Source of the DNA: Gracilinanus agilis
Lineage: Eukaryota
Direction: 5' to 3'
Assembly: GCF_016433145.1 (NCBI RefSeq)
Contig: NC_058135.1
Location: forward strand, 227,010,483-227,074,482
DNA: 64,000 bases
In this document: in pieces, positions 50,742 through 63,000 of the stretch
Position numbering within the stretch: the stretch's first letter is position 1
How the letters are laid out: each line of letters begins with the position of its first letter
The notes under the pieces: model-generated
The model's input: the letters and a program-made list of their open reading frames with translations, nothing else
Database searches by the model: none
Told to the model about the DNA's origin: nothing
Made by a program: the position numbers and the translations under genes

Positions 50742-51548
50742 TGTTATAATTCCTTTTCTAAATAACAGTGCCCAGACAGGACCCTAAATGGTCAGTTGGA
50801 CCCTTTCAGGTCCCACCTGGGGTTGGATCAATTATTAATATTGGGCTCTGATTAGACTTGGATCACGTGTTCCCTCCCCAAAGGTCCTGATATAATGACC
50901 ATTCAGGAAGGTACTTATTAAATATTTTATCTATGATCTTAATTAGGGAAAGGATAATCAGGATATGGATTGGAGATTGGAGACCCTGTCAAGCTAATAT
51001 CTATAGATTTTAATCCCTCAGGACTGGAGGCTATTGATTCAGTCAAGCTGGAGCTATTGTTCTTCACAACCCTCTCTGATTCAGTTTGGCCACTGCCAAA
51101 CCAGAGAGAGTCTGCTCTGCTGGATGCAGCTGTATTGATGATTTCTCTCAGCTCTCCTATTATCAGTTTGTGATGTGTTAGCCTTCACAGCCTTCAGGAA
51201 GTAACCACCCTTAAAACCACCCTTTTTCTTCTTAGACCTCCCTTCCTCCCGTTCACCATGCAGGCCCAGAGACCTAAATAGCTATGATGATTCAGATGCC
51301 TAAAGATCTAGGGAGATTCAGAGAGAACCAATAACCAATGGTCAGAGACCCACAGGTCAATGCTCCAATACCAAGACCCCAAAGATCAATGATCAAAGGC
51401 CCCTCCCAGATGGCTGTTGGGGTATTTATACTCTCAGGCCAACCGACTTCTGCCCCTGGCTCATGGCATCTGGGAACATTCTGATGTCTCCAACTGTCTC
51501 CCTTGTCAATCAAGGTGAGACCAACATTCCCAGGGTTTGAACAGAACA
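50742..51548 (-). mobile_element. LTR, family X copy C
   Basis: Homologous to A, B, D; TG/CA ends. Confidence 0.65.
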
Positions 51549-52625
51549 ACCTGTAATGTTGTGCTAAACCTGTCAGCCTTAAAAAATAGAACTACCAATG
51601 TAGTCATGTGTAAAAGAAACCTCCTTTCCTCTGGGGTCATCTGACCTGCATCCCTGTGCTGCGTGACTGAACAGTACGTGTTTGGGTCATGGGTGAAGAA
51701 TCCTAGGGACATGATCTAGAACTAAAGGTTATGGGTCAAAAGCAAGGATAAAATGTTGGAAACAAGGAAGTATGCTTTCTCTATTCCCTTGGACAGCAGC
51801 TTTGCAGGATGCTGGCTGAAGAGCCAAGGTGTGGAAGCACCATGTGGCTTTGTTAGCTGGTGAGATTTGAAATAGGCTTTAATCTCCCTCTATCTCTGTG
51901 CTATTTCAAGTAAAAGCAATAAACTCTATAGAAACTAAGAACCAGGAGTTTGTCATTTAACTTTAACAGTTTGAAAGAACAAGTCTTTAATTAGGACAAG
52001 GGAGACATACTCTATTGGACACCACACAAAGTCATGCACAAGATACCACACAGAGACAAGCTCTGGATTTTGGGAACACTGTCTCCCAGAAAATGTACCT
52101 CGAAAGGGGATTTTCCAATGAACTAAAGAACTCGGAGTCCTATATATGCTCTGAGGAATTAAAGAAAGGAAACTTACACAATGACTGGTTACATGGAGGT
52201 TTGGGAAAGAGGTTGTAGTCTGAAGCTGGGGTACCAGGGAATGGCCTTGGAGAGGCTAAGAAGACAAAAAGGGTATTTAAGGTTTGATTATTTCTATCAC
52301 TCCTATTCAAGGTGCTTAATGGATGCTTAATGGTCTACTGTCCAGTCATAAAACAAGGTCATCAAACCCCAACGTTAAAATTCTTAAATTATATTTAAAT
52401 CTACACTAACTGCTTTGGGACCAATTAAATGGAGGAAAGCTCTTCATGGTATGAGATGCTATAACTTAAGGTTTGGGGGATTGACAACCTTGTTTTATGA
52501 AACTCCAGATTTACCCTTGCCTTCAAGAAACTCCCATACTGACCCTTGTCCCAGACTGAACTTGATAGGCCCTTAAGGCACCCATTGAGCACCCTGGATA
52601 GGAATGGTGAATGTAGTCAAGTCTT

Positions 52626-52833
52626 TTTTTTTTTTTTTTTAAACCCTTACCTTCTATCTTGGAGTCAATACTATGTATTGGCTCCAAGGCAGAAGAGTGG
52701 TAAGGGTAGGCAATGGGGATCAAGTGACTTGCCCAGGGTCACATGGCTGGGAAGTGTCTGAGGCCAGATTTGAACCTAGGACCTCCCATCTCTAGGCCTA
52801 ACTCTCAATCCACTGAGCTACCCAGCTGCCCCC
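52626..52833 (-). mobile_element. Young SINE1, 14-bp TSD TGTAGTCAAGTCTT
   Basis: TSD 52612-52625 and 52834-52847. Confidence 0.9.
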
Positions 52834-53530
52834 TGTAGTCAAGTCTTAAGTGTTGTGGGAAAGCTTGGAAATCTGTGTTGGGAGGATGCTCTCAAAGAAT
52901 TACCAGGCTCCACTGAATAAATCTATTTAGTGGGGATTTAGTAAGGTTAATTATGGTTAACTTAATTTAGTTATTTTATAATTAAAATCCCCTAGAGACA
53001 GTATATTAATGTATAATTATTTATTAAAGAGTGAAAAATATGTCTGTCACTTGGTCAGTCACCTAACTAACCTGAACTCACTGTTCACTTTGAGTCCTGA
53101 TTGATTCTTGCTGCTTGGCTTGAAGAGTCCACACTTTGGCCAGGAAAAAGACCTGTGAGCTTCCTTGCTCCATAACTAATGCCCCCATGACGTTGCTTTT
53201 TCTGGGTCTCCAGACTGCAAAGACAACCTCAGTCTAGTTCAGAGGTTGGCCTTCTAGATGAAGGCCAGGAGTCACATGGGACAAGAAGCAAGAGTCTTCA
53301 AGGAAGTGACAGAGCCAGCAGGCTTCTGATGACCAGAGTCTGACCAGAACAAAGGATGGGAGGGAGGATAGGGGAGGTTATATTGATTAGAAAACCCTAT
53401 CAATTGGTACTCTGAATTCAATGCATTGGCATTCTCTGAGCATCCAAAGCTGGGAGTGTCCGCTTTCACAAATGAATCAACTGCAGTCTTATACTTTGAC
53501 TTCTCAACTCCAAGTTTGTGAATTTACTCA

Positions 53531-54310
53531 TGTTATATTGAATCTCTGGGAGCTTGAAGTTCACCTTTGATTGACAGATAAGTCAGTTGGATAGAATGTT
53601 CCCAGGGAGGCATGCAAAAGGCAGGAGGGGGCAGTTGAGAACCCTGAGAGAAGTTCTGGGTCTTGGACCTGTGCTGAGGCGAGAGATCGGTGGATCCTGG
53701 TCTTGGAGTGAGAGTGCAAACATCTCTCTCCAAGCTCTTCCTGTCCTCGATATACCGTTATCAACCTGTACTTGACCACCACTCGGTGTCTACTGCCCCT
53801 AGATATTAGGAGTTTCATCATCTAGCTATCTAGGCTTCCCAGGGCCCGGGAGGGATCCGGGAAGTGGTCAGGAGACGAAGAAGAGGGTGGAAAGGGTGGA
53901 CATAACTCAACTGTTAAGCTTAAGATCTACAGAAGAAGAAGCTGAAGATTTCCCAGCAGTTTACCTACTCTGGTTTAGTCCTGGCCAGGCTGAACCAGAG
54001 GGAAGCTAACATTGTTCTTCATTTGCCAGCAGTTGGGAGTTTCAATAGTAATAATTTAATAGGGTCTCCAGTACCTCAGTCCTTTACCCTTATCCTTCTT
54101 ATTAATATATAAAGTTTAAAGTACCTTCCTAAATCAGTTTCAAAGCTTGTTTTGGGAAGGGAGACAACGCAGTCAGAATATCGTCGTTATCCTAGCTGAA
54201 GAGCCCAAATCAATATATCAATTAACCCCAGGTGGGTCCTGAAGGGATCAACCTCTTTGACCTGAAGGATCCTGCCTGGGCAACTGTTATAAAGGAGAAG
54301 GGTCATCTTA
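53531..54310 (+). mobile_element. LTR, family X copy D (opposite orientation)
   Basis: Starts TGTTATATTG like the reverse complement of copy A; 3' end approximate. Confidence 0.6.
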
Positions 54311-55259
54311 TTCCTCTCTGTACATCAATTCTACTACCTCAAATAGATACAAGTGACCGCCTTTAATTATAACACTCTGGAGTGGTGGAGTCCACTGTTC
54401 ATGACCCTGTTCACACTTTTTTTTTTCTCCCCCACAAATAGTGATTGGTTTCATTGCTAGTTTTACAAACCTTGATAAGCCTGTATGGAAGGCCAATTCT
54501 ATTTTCTTAGCAAGTATGGCATATATATTTCTACTGGCTATAAGTAGGTTTTCATAGAAAAGTGGTAAGATGTTAAAAGCTGCACAATGAGGTTATTTTT
54601 CCTTATTGTTCTAAGCACAAATAATCTTTAGGACCATAAAAGTATTTCAGTCAGTTCAGATTACTGAATGTCTGCTGTGGCTGACTGCATAAATTAGGCC
54701 CATCCCGGCTTATGAGCAAATATCTGAAGAGTCAATCAGTTCCTATTTGAGAACCTAGTTATAGATTTCTCATGTTTTCTTTCCCAGCAATGAAACTGTT
54801 CAAGAATCTGTCTATTGCAAAGGAGATGTCTGTAGAAGAAGTAGGTTACAGAAGTCTACCTCAGACCCCCAAGCCTTGAAAGACAAGATAGATTTGGGGA
54901 AATGGGAGAGCTTTTTTGGTTATTGTTGTAAGATTTTCCCAAAGGGGAGTGCCTGTCTTCTGGTTGTCTATGCACCTTTGCTGATGGGGAGCGGGGCCTC
55001 CTCCACCCTCCCAGAGGCTAAATTAATTGTCCATTCATCAGCTTCTTTTTCTCTTTTACTACTTTTGGTGAACAAGAGGATGAGTGGGATATAATCTGTG
55101 TCTTTCTCATAAGAAGCATACAAAGTGTTTCTTTAAGCCTTTTCAGCCTGTACCCCGATATTTTCGAGAGCTCAGCTAAAAATTAGTTTTCTCCTCAGAA
55201 GAATACCCACTTTGGAAACTAAACCTTTAGCTTCTCCACTTTAAATTTCAAAGATCTTA

Positions 55260-55437
55260 GGGGAAGCTAGGTGGCTCAATGGGTTGAGAGTCAGACCCAG
55301 AGATGGGAGGCGCTAGGTTCAAATCTAGCCTGTGTGACCCTGGGCAAGTCACTTAACTGCCATTGCCTAGCCCTTACCACTCTTCTGCTTGATAGTATTG
55401 ATTCCAAAATGGAAGGTAAGGGTTTAAAAAAAAAATT
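55260..55437 (+). mobile_element. Marsupial SINE1
   Basis: Head-to-tail match. Confidence 0.75.
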
Positions 55438-55872
55438 TTTTTTTTCAAAGACCTTGAAGGGTTGAGTAGTTTTCTGGAGACAATTGGTTCTTTGAAATCA
55501 ATACTTGGGCATTCCCAAAGCATCCAAAGCTGGGAATGTCCTTTCATGAAAGACTAAACTGCTGTCTTACTTTTTGGCTCCTAAATTCTGAGTTTGTGAA
55601 TTTATTATAATAGTGGGGTCCACTGTTTTCGAGCCTGTCCCTCACAAGGGCCACTCTCAGGCCCTCCTGCACAGACTCCTTTTGTTTCTTGATAAAGTCA
55701 CTGGTGGGATTGCTATGACCAACAGGGAGAAAGGACAACATGATTTTATGAAACTACAAATTGACCCATGTCCCTGATAACCTGTCTACAAAGAACTCCC
55801 TTAGTGGCCTTTGTCCCACATTGAACCATAAACCCTTAAGCACCTGGGGATTACTTTAGAAATATTATCATC

Positions 55873-56081
55873 TTTTTTTTATTTTCTTAACCTTTATTTT
55901 CTGTCTTAGAATCAATACTGTGTATTGGTTCCTAGGCAGGAGAGTGGTAAAGGCTAGGCAATGGGGGTTAAATGACTTGCCTAGGGTGACACAGTTAGGA
56001 AATGTCTGAGGTTAGATTTGAACCCAGGACCTCCTGTCTCTAGGCCTGACTCTCAATCCACTGAGCCAGCCAGCTGCCCCC
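55873..56081 (-). mobile_element. Marsupial SINE1
   Basis: Reverse complement match. Confidence 0.8.
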
Positions 56082-57347
56082 AATAATCAAATTTTAAGTA
56101 GCTTTTTTGGTTTTTCAGTTTCTCTTTCTCAATCAAGGCTACTCTCAGGTACCTTGGCCTTTGGTTATTTCTAGGTCTCTCCCAGGCAGTTTAGACTGTG
56201 ACTAGTGCAGGTCCCAAGTGAGTGAAAGGGCATAAGCTCTTCTTCTCCAAAATCTCTGTAAGCACCCTGCATTGTGTAGTTCAGTGGAATTCCCAGGATT
56301 GAGGTTCTATGTGTCTTCCCAGATCAATCTTTCTACCTTGATTAAAGACCCTTGTTATAACTACTTTGGTAGTTCTGTGGGGTATTTTAGGTTGACAGGG
56401 AAAACTTGCACATGACCTTGGGTCATCCTGACACTATGCCTTCTTTGTTCTATTTCTATGTAATATCTGGTCTGACCTAGGGTTGGTGCTAGGATCCACC
56501 ATGTTACTTTGCCCTGCTGCCACCCAATGAAACTAATTAACACTAATAATCCTAATAACAACTAATAACTAATAATCCTAATAATAAACCCAATAAAACT
56601 TATTAATAACCAAGTTGGCTAGACTCCTCTTTCTTTGGTATCTCATATTCTCTTGGAGGATGTGTCACTCTATAAATGATATAATCGGTGTAGAACAAAT
56701 CTTCCTCTTACAATTAGTGTAGTCAGAAGAATAATCTGTCCCCTGCAAATCTTGCATCGTTACATGAGCCAAATAAGTCTCTACACTATTGGGGAAGTTG
56801 CAGTTTTGTTTCTTTGTCTTGCTGTCCTGTTTGTGTTTAGTGTATCTATTTGACAACCATTCCACCATTGCCATTTCTTCTGTACCACCTCAGACCAGCT
56901 GAGAGGAGAAGCAGGTGGGAAAGAACAATCCAACCCTGGCTGCCATTCCTATGCTGCACATACATTATTGTAATGTTTGGTGGCCTTTGTGCTATTTCAT
57001 TCTGCTATTAAATCGCATGGCCATACATATGGATTTTGTCTCACCTTGAGGAGAGGAATAAAAAAATATAATTTTGGCTATTTCTGAGTTTACCAAGAAG
57101 AGAAGAGACTATAAATTTGTGTGTGGGATGATGATATTGGCTCTGATTGACATTACTCCCAACTTAGCCTAACACCCTGCACATGGCCTCTTTTATACAC
57201 GTTAAGAAATGTGTATAAAATGAGTCCCAGTATGGGAAATGCCTTGTCAGGTTCATTCTGCTTGGTGCTGTCTTTTTAAACAACCTTTGGATCAATTGGT
57301 CTTGGCCAAATTATTTCAAATATTACTTTGATCTAAGTTCTGGGTAC

Positions 57348-57667
57348 TGTAAGAAATAAAATGGACATATATAAAAATATTAGGGTTTTATTGATAGCCA
57401 TATTGATAATTAAAGCCACGTGCCTGATAAGAGCTAGTTCAAATCCGCACCATATTTTCCCACCTGGCTTCTTCAGCAGGAAAGAGGAAGTACCAATTCT
57501 GCCCTGAGTCTTTATACCTTTGTTTATGTAATTTACACTTCCTGCCCACCTGTATTACACAAGAGGAATCATGGGAAATGTAGTTTGTAAGAGATCTAAA
57601 TGTCCACAGGAAGTTTAGACCAGAGACCTCAAGATCAGTTCAAGGACCCCAAATTTCCAATATCACA
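57348..57667 (-). mobile_element. Solo LTR, 320 bp, TSD GTAC
   Basis: TG...CA, TSD 57344-57347 and 57668-57671, minus TATAAA and AATAAA; absent from copy 1. Confidence 0.85.
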
Positions 57668-57822
57668 GTACTCTATTATTTTGCCAGACCACAAACTCCT
57701 CCTCCTCCATGTAAAGGAAGTGAGAATTTTTTAAGGTGAGAAGGGAGTACACTGGACATTGGATTGATCTGGGTGTCTCATCTTAGCTCTTAAAAGCCTT
57801 AATTAGATTTCCACTCAGTTTC

Positions 57823-58513
57823 ACGGAGCTGTTGCCCAGCAGGCTTGGCGAGCTGGAATCCAGGTAGTTATACTTTCTATGTCCTTCCTTTCCTCTTCCT
57901 CTTGCTAGTTGTGAGGCTGGATGGATTGGGGTCAAACAACTGGTCTCTTCAGAGTTTGTAGAGGCAGAACCTTAAACTATGCCATGTAGAAGTGGGCTTG
58001 TAAAGACAGCCTCAGAACTAAACCCTGATTCCCTTTCCTTCTCCTTTCCTTGGCGGATAGTTACCTTTACACAAGCTGCTTGCTGCCCATCACTTATCTC
58101 CCTTTACTCCTTCCTTCCTCTGGCTGTGTCCTGACCTTGAATCCCAGGACCATCAACTCCTGCTTCCCCTTAATGATCCACTCTGACTCACCCCTCCCTT
58201 TTCCTGACCTTGGGATTGCTGGGTCCTCCACAAGCTCTGTAAACAAGGATAGCCAGCTGTCTTCAGTCTTGCTTATGCTCTGGACCCCTCCCCTCATCCA
58301 TAGCTTCAGCATGTATGGAACCCTATATAAGCTGGCTGTTGCTTTTACTTGGGGTCTAATCTCTTTGGAAGCTATTCCAGGTTAGGGCCTGCACATTATC
58401 AATAAATCTGCCTTTCCATGACCCTGGGTGTCAGTGAGATTTCTCTTGCTGTAACAAGTTGTCCTATAGACTTAACTGGGAAGACTGCTGTGGTCACTGG
58501 AGTCAACTCAGAG
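57823..58513 (+). pseudogene. Disabled SDR exon 1 duplicate
   Basis: ATG changed to ACG at 57823, early frameshift, 500-bp LTR insertion, 2 extra nt before the donor. Confidence 0.85.
57957..58456 (+). mobile_element. Solo LTR, 500 bp, TSD AGTT
   Basis: TGTA...TAACA, TSD 57953-57956 and 58457-58460, TATATAA 58324, AATAAA 58401. Confidence 0.9.
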
Positions 58514-58776
58514 GTGAGAACTCTCTCCCACTTCCTAGGGGCTCCATTTCTCTCTTTCTTTCCCTTCCCAGGCTTCCCATTCCTCTTCTGGACAATGTTC
58601 TCATTTCTTTCCCCAACATATGCCCCATACCATATACATAGAACCACACACACATCCTTCTTCCTATCTAGGTTTTCCATTCCTTTCATCTTTCTACATA
58701 TATAAGGGTCCCCATTTTCCCTCTTTCCAGGGTCTCTCTCTTTCCCACCACTGCTCTCACTTAAGAGCTTCATCTT

Positions 58777-58959
58777 GGGGGCAGCTGGGTAGCTCAGTGG
58801 ATTGAGAGTAAGGCCTAGAGACAGGAAGTCCTAGGTTCAAATCTGGCTCCAGATACTTCCCAGCTGTGTGACCCTAGGCAAGTCATTTGACCCCCATCGC
58901 CCACCCTTACCACTCTTCCACCTATAAGCCGATACAGAGAAAGTTAAGGGTTAAAAAAA
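58777..58959 (+). mobile_element. Young SINE1, 14-bp TSD AAGAGCTTCATCTT
   Basis: TSD 58763-58776 and 58960-58973. Confidence 0.9.
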
Positions 58960-59088
58960 AAGAGCTTCATCTTCTCATCACCACTTCCCATAAACCAGCC
59001 TAGAGTCTCCATCCTTTCTTTCCTCATTCATAGCTTTACCTGTTGAAACAACCATTTGTTAATTATCTACTATATGCAGATATACTAA

Positions 59089-59290
59089 TTTTTTTTTTCA
59101 TTTTTTTAAATTTTTTAAACCCTTAACTTCTGTGTATTGACTTATAGGTGGAAGAGTGGTAAGGGTAGGCAATGGGGGTCAAGTGACTTGCCCAGGGTCA
59201 CACAGCTGGGAAGTGTCTGAGGCCAGGTTTGAACCTAGGACCTCCCGTCTCTAGGCCTGGCTCTCAATCCACTGAGCTACCCAGCTGCCC
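59089..59290 (-). mobile_element. Young SINE1, TSD TATACTAA
   Basis: TSD 59081-59088 and 59291-59298. Confidence 0.88.
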
Positions 59291-59664
59291 TATACTAAAT
59301 TTTAACAAGAAAAATTAGCTGTACTCAGGGAACTCAGTCTAGTAGGGGGCTAAGACACATGCTCAAATATTTAATACATAGTGATACATAGAATAATATT
59401 TCACCACATTTGTTTTCACATTCTCCAATTGGAGGACAACCCTTAGTTCCCAATTTGGGGAAGCAGCTACTATAAATATTTTGGTAATTATAGATGCTTT
59501 TTTCTTTCCTTCATCTCTTTGGCATATAGGCCTAGAAGTAATACAGCTGAGTCAGTGGTTATGCTGATATTTTTTAGCACTCATCTTCTAGATTGTCTCT
59601 GAACCTAGAGATACAGTGCTAACAAGAAGACAAGCCTGTGATCAGTGTAGAGCAGTGCTAAGGT

Positions 59665-60177
59665 TGTTACTGAATCTCCCTTATACATACTATCTCAGCC
59701 TGGCATCAGATAACCCTTTGTACATATTTTGTAATATGCAGAAATGAGTAGCCATTTCTGGGGGTGCAAGTTGGTAGTTGCCACTTTGGAATACAGAACC
59801 TGGCAGAGCACCCAGGGTGACAGTTAAGGACCGGATATAAAAGGGGGTCCTCAAACCCCTGGGAGCTTCACTTCTCTATCTCACATGGAAGGTTAGGGAG
59901 GAACAGGTTTGGGCCCCAGCGTGGTTTGGGAATGAGTTTCTATTAGGCAGGTAGGGACTAATTCCGTTATTAGCCAATATTCAGTACTTTCTTGGCATAG
60001 ATATCTTTAAATTACCAGCTAGTGAGAACCGCTACAACCAAGAATAGCAGCTCCTGACCCAAGAGCTTGCTAGCCTCTGGGCTCAGCAATAAAGCAACAG
60101 AGTTGGGATCTGCCCTCAAGGCTTTCTCATACTCTGCACCTAGGGAACATGAACCAGTCCTTCAGGATTAATTAACA
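59665..60177 (+). mobile_element. Probable solo LTR
   Basis: TGTTA...TAACA ends, TATAAAA near 59836, AATAAA 60088; no TSD found. Confidence 0.5.
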
Positions 60178-60685
60178 TCAATGATTTAGGCAAGATCTTA
60201 GGGTTTTCTTCACCCACCTTCCTACCCTTTACCTTCCCTCTGTTTAATTATAAATAAACCCTGGTTAATCCTAACCCTAAACAATCTTGGAACCTTGCTT
60301 ACCTTATCATCAAGCATCTAATCATTAGCAGTCAGATTTGAATTACAACTTAGTTGAGCAAGCCTTTCCAAGCCAGTTTATCATCTTCAATTCAAGGTTT
60401 CAGGAAGTCTCAAACTGCTTCCTGAAAACTTTTCTAACTGACTGGCTGGATTGGTTCCAAGCCCCTGGGCTGTGGCAAAGAATCTTGGGCTTAAAGGTGA
60501 CCTGACCCTGCTGGTGTGGGAGGTTATCTAACTCATATACAGCTGTGGTTTGGGACTTCCTCCCTAAATCATATATACCATCATCAGCATCTGCCTAGGC
60601 TACCTTGGCTGCTCCTAACAGTTCCCACATAAAATTTGCACATACCCTATTTCAAGCATCTGACTTGTTTCCTAAATACATTTTT

Positions 60686-60886
60686 TTTGTTTGTTTTTTT
60701 TTACATTTTTAAACTCAACTTCTATGTATTGGCTCCTAGGTAGAAGAGTGGTAAGGGTGGGCAATGGGGGTCAAGTGACTTGCCCAGGGTCACACAGCTG
60801 GGAAGTGTCTGAGGCCAGATTTGAACCTAGGACCTCCTGTCTCTAGGCCTGACTCTCAATCCACTGAGCTACCCAGCTGCCCCCCC
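60686..60886 (-). mobile_element. Young SINE1, TSD AAATACATTTTT
   Basis: TSD 60674-60685 and 60887-60898. Confidence 0.88.
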
Positions 60887-61519
60887 AAATACATTTTTAA
60901 AAGGTTTATTATTAACATTTTATTTTTTGTTCCATCTGTTTCCCGATAACCCATTTCACCTTTACCCTGTTGAAATTTACCTTTGTAAACTTAAAAAAAT
61001 TAAGCAAAAACCTCTGAGGCAATGACTACACTTGACAGGATATTTGACATTTTACATTCTCATCTGTTTATTTGGAGGAGGAAAATGTCATAGGATGTGC
61101 TGGACACAGCTTAACTGGAGAGCAGATTATTTCATTTTGGGAGTACTTGCTTTTTAGAAGTTGGTAAATGCTACAAATCAAGGCTTGATTTTTTTTGTCT
61201 ATTGTTTGTTTAAATAAAGAAAGTGGTGGAGAAAATGTTTATAAACACGTATTGAACTTAAAAGGGTCTAGTGAGTATTACTCCCCCCCCATCCCTGTTC
61301 CCAAAGAAGTTGATATGAAAATTTTACCTGGTCATGTTTCATTATCTGTTTTCTAGCTTTGAGACTTGTTATAGCAATGAAATCTTTTTCAATGTTGTCT
61401 TACTGTTGTTTTTGTTGAAGTCCTTTTGTATATTACTTTCTGTATTCTACTTTGTTCTGTATCAGTTCACACAAGAATGTCCATATTTTTGTGCATTCGT
61501 CATATGCTTTGTTTCTTTC

Positions 61520-61725
61520 TTTTCTTCTTTTTTTAAACCTTATTTTCTGTCCTATAATCAATACTGTGTGTTGGTTCTAAGGCAGAGGTGCAGTAAGGGC
61601 TAAGCAGTGGGGGTAAAATAACTTGCTCAGGGTCACCCAGCTAGGAAGTATCTGAGGTGAAGTTTGAACTCAGGACATCCTATCTGCAAGCTTAGCTCTC
61701 TATCTACTGAGCCACCTAGCTGCCT
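61520..61725 (-). mobile_element. Marsupial SINE, diverged
   Basis: Reverse complement match. Confidence 0.7.
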
Positions 61726-62176
61726 CTTGTTCTCTGTTTCCTAATGATGCAATAGTATTCCATTATACTTATATACTACAATCTATTCAACCAGTTCTCA
61801 GCTGACAGGCATTTGTTGATTCTGCTTCTAGAAATTTGAAGTGGAAGGGTTCTTTTCTTTTGCTCGTCAGAGCCTATCTATTGTATAATTAGGATTTGTT
61901 CCCCAGAACTCTCCCAGCATTCCATGTTCCTTCTCACTTTATGGGCTAACGTAGGGAGGATATAAGTTTTATGTAGACCCCTGTCCTCCGATCTCTTCTC
62001 CAGGAAACCGTGGCTGGTGGAGGTAAGAGGTGAGAGGCAGGAGAATTTTACTCAGGTTTTTACTTTTGTTCTTTTTATTTTATTTTACTTCAAGTGATTA
62101 TTAATAAACCTTATAAAATATCATACTTGGAGTTATTGGATATTAATTTAAATTTTATACTACTAATACTCTAACT

Positions 62177-62368
62177 CGGTGGTTCCCAAACTTTTTTGGC
62201 CTACCGCTCCCTTTCCAAAAAAATATTACTTAGGCCCCTGGAAATTAATTTTTTTTAATTTTAATAATAATTAATAGGAAAGATAAATGTACCTGTGGCC
62301 ATCACCACTTCCCCTGGATTGCTGCAGCACCCACCAGGGGCCGGTGGTGCCCACTTTGGGAATCACTG
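62177..62368. mobile_element. hAT-type MITE, same family as 41368 in reverse, TSD CTCTAACT
   Basis: TSD 62169-62176 and 62369-62376; TIRs match. Confidence 0.88.
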
Positions 62369-62709
62369 CTCTAACTTAATGGTTTTCAAATATTTTGGTC
62401 CCAGGATCCCTTTATATTCTTAGACATTATTGAAGTTTTGTTTACATGGGTTGCATCTATTAATATTTGTCATATTAGCAATTAAAAATGATAATTTAAA
62501 ATATGTCAAACTGACCAGCCCTTAACAATCTTCTGCCTTGGAATCAATACACAGCATTGATTCCAAGATGGAAGGAAAGGGTTAAAAATAAATAAATAAG
62601 TAAAATGTGTATTTATTTATTTAAAACATAATAATAGCATAAATAACATTTTAATGAGAAACAACCAATTTTCTAAAACAAAACAAAATTTAGTAAGAAG
62701 AACGACATT

Positions 62710-63000
62710 AAAGAACTAAAGGAATGCCTATCAATCCGGGAATGACTGAACAAATGGTGGAATATAAATGTGATGGAATATTATTGTCCTGTAAGAAATG
62801 ATGAAGGGAATGGTCTCCCCTGGAAAGACTTCTATAAACTGATGCAAATAGAAGTGTCAAACCAGGAGACAATCCTTTTAGTAAGAACAATATTATTAAG
62901 TTAATCAACTGTGAAAGACTTAACTGATCAACACAATGATCCATCACAATTTCAAAAGACTCATGATGAAAAATGCTATCTACTACCAGACAGGGAACTT
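62710..63000 (+). mobile_element. Old L1 ORF2-end/3' fragment
   Basis: TGTGATGGAATATTATTG..AAGAAATGATGAA motif. Confidence 0.6.

Larger units (their letters stand above)
48700..56400. mobile_element. Degenerate ERV/LTR mosaic with internal direct and inverted duplications
   Basis: Repeated blocks 49530-49970 / 55730-56350 / 52490-52850; no recognisable gag/pol/env ORF; boundaries approximate. Confidence 0.45.
56864..59388 (+). repeat. Local segmental duplicate of 32138-33798 (SDR promoter, exon 1, start of intron 1)
   Basis: Collinear homology once copy-specific insertions are removed. Confidence 0.9.

Noticed and set aside
56530-56610. Semi-regular TAATAA repeats
   Set aside because: Degenerate (TAA)n low complexity; not CRISPR-like, and the window is eukaryotic.
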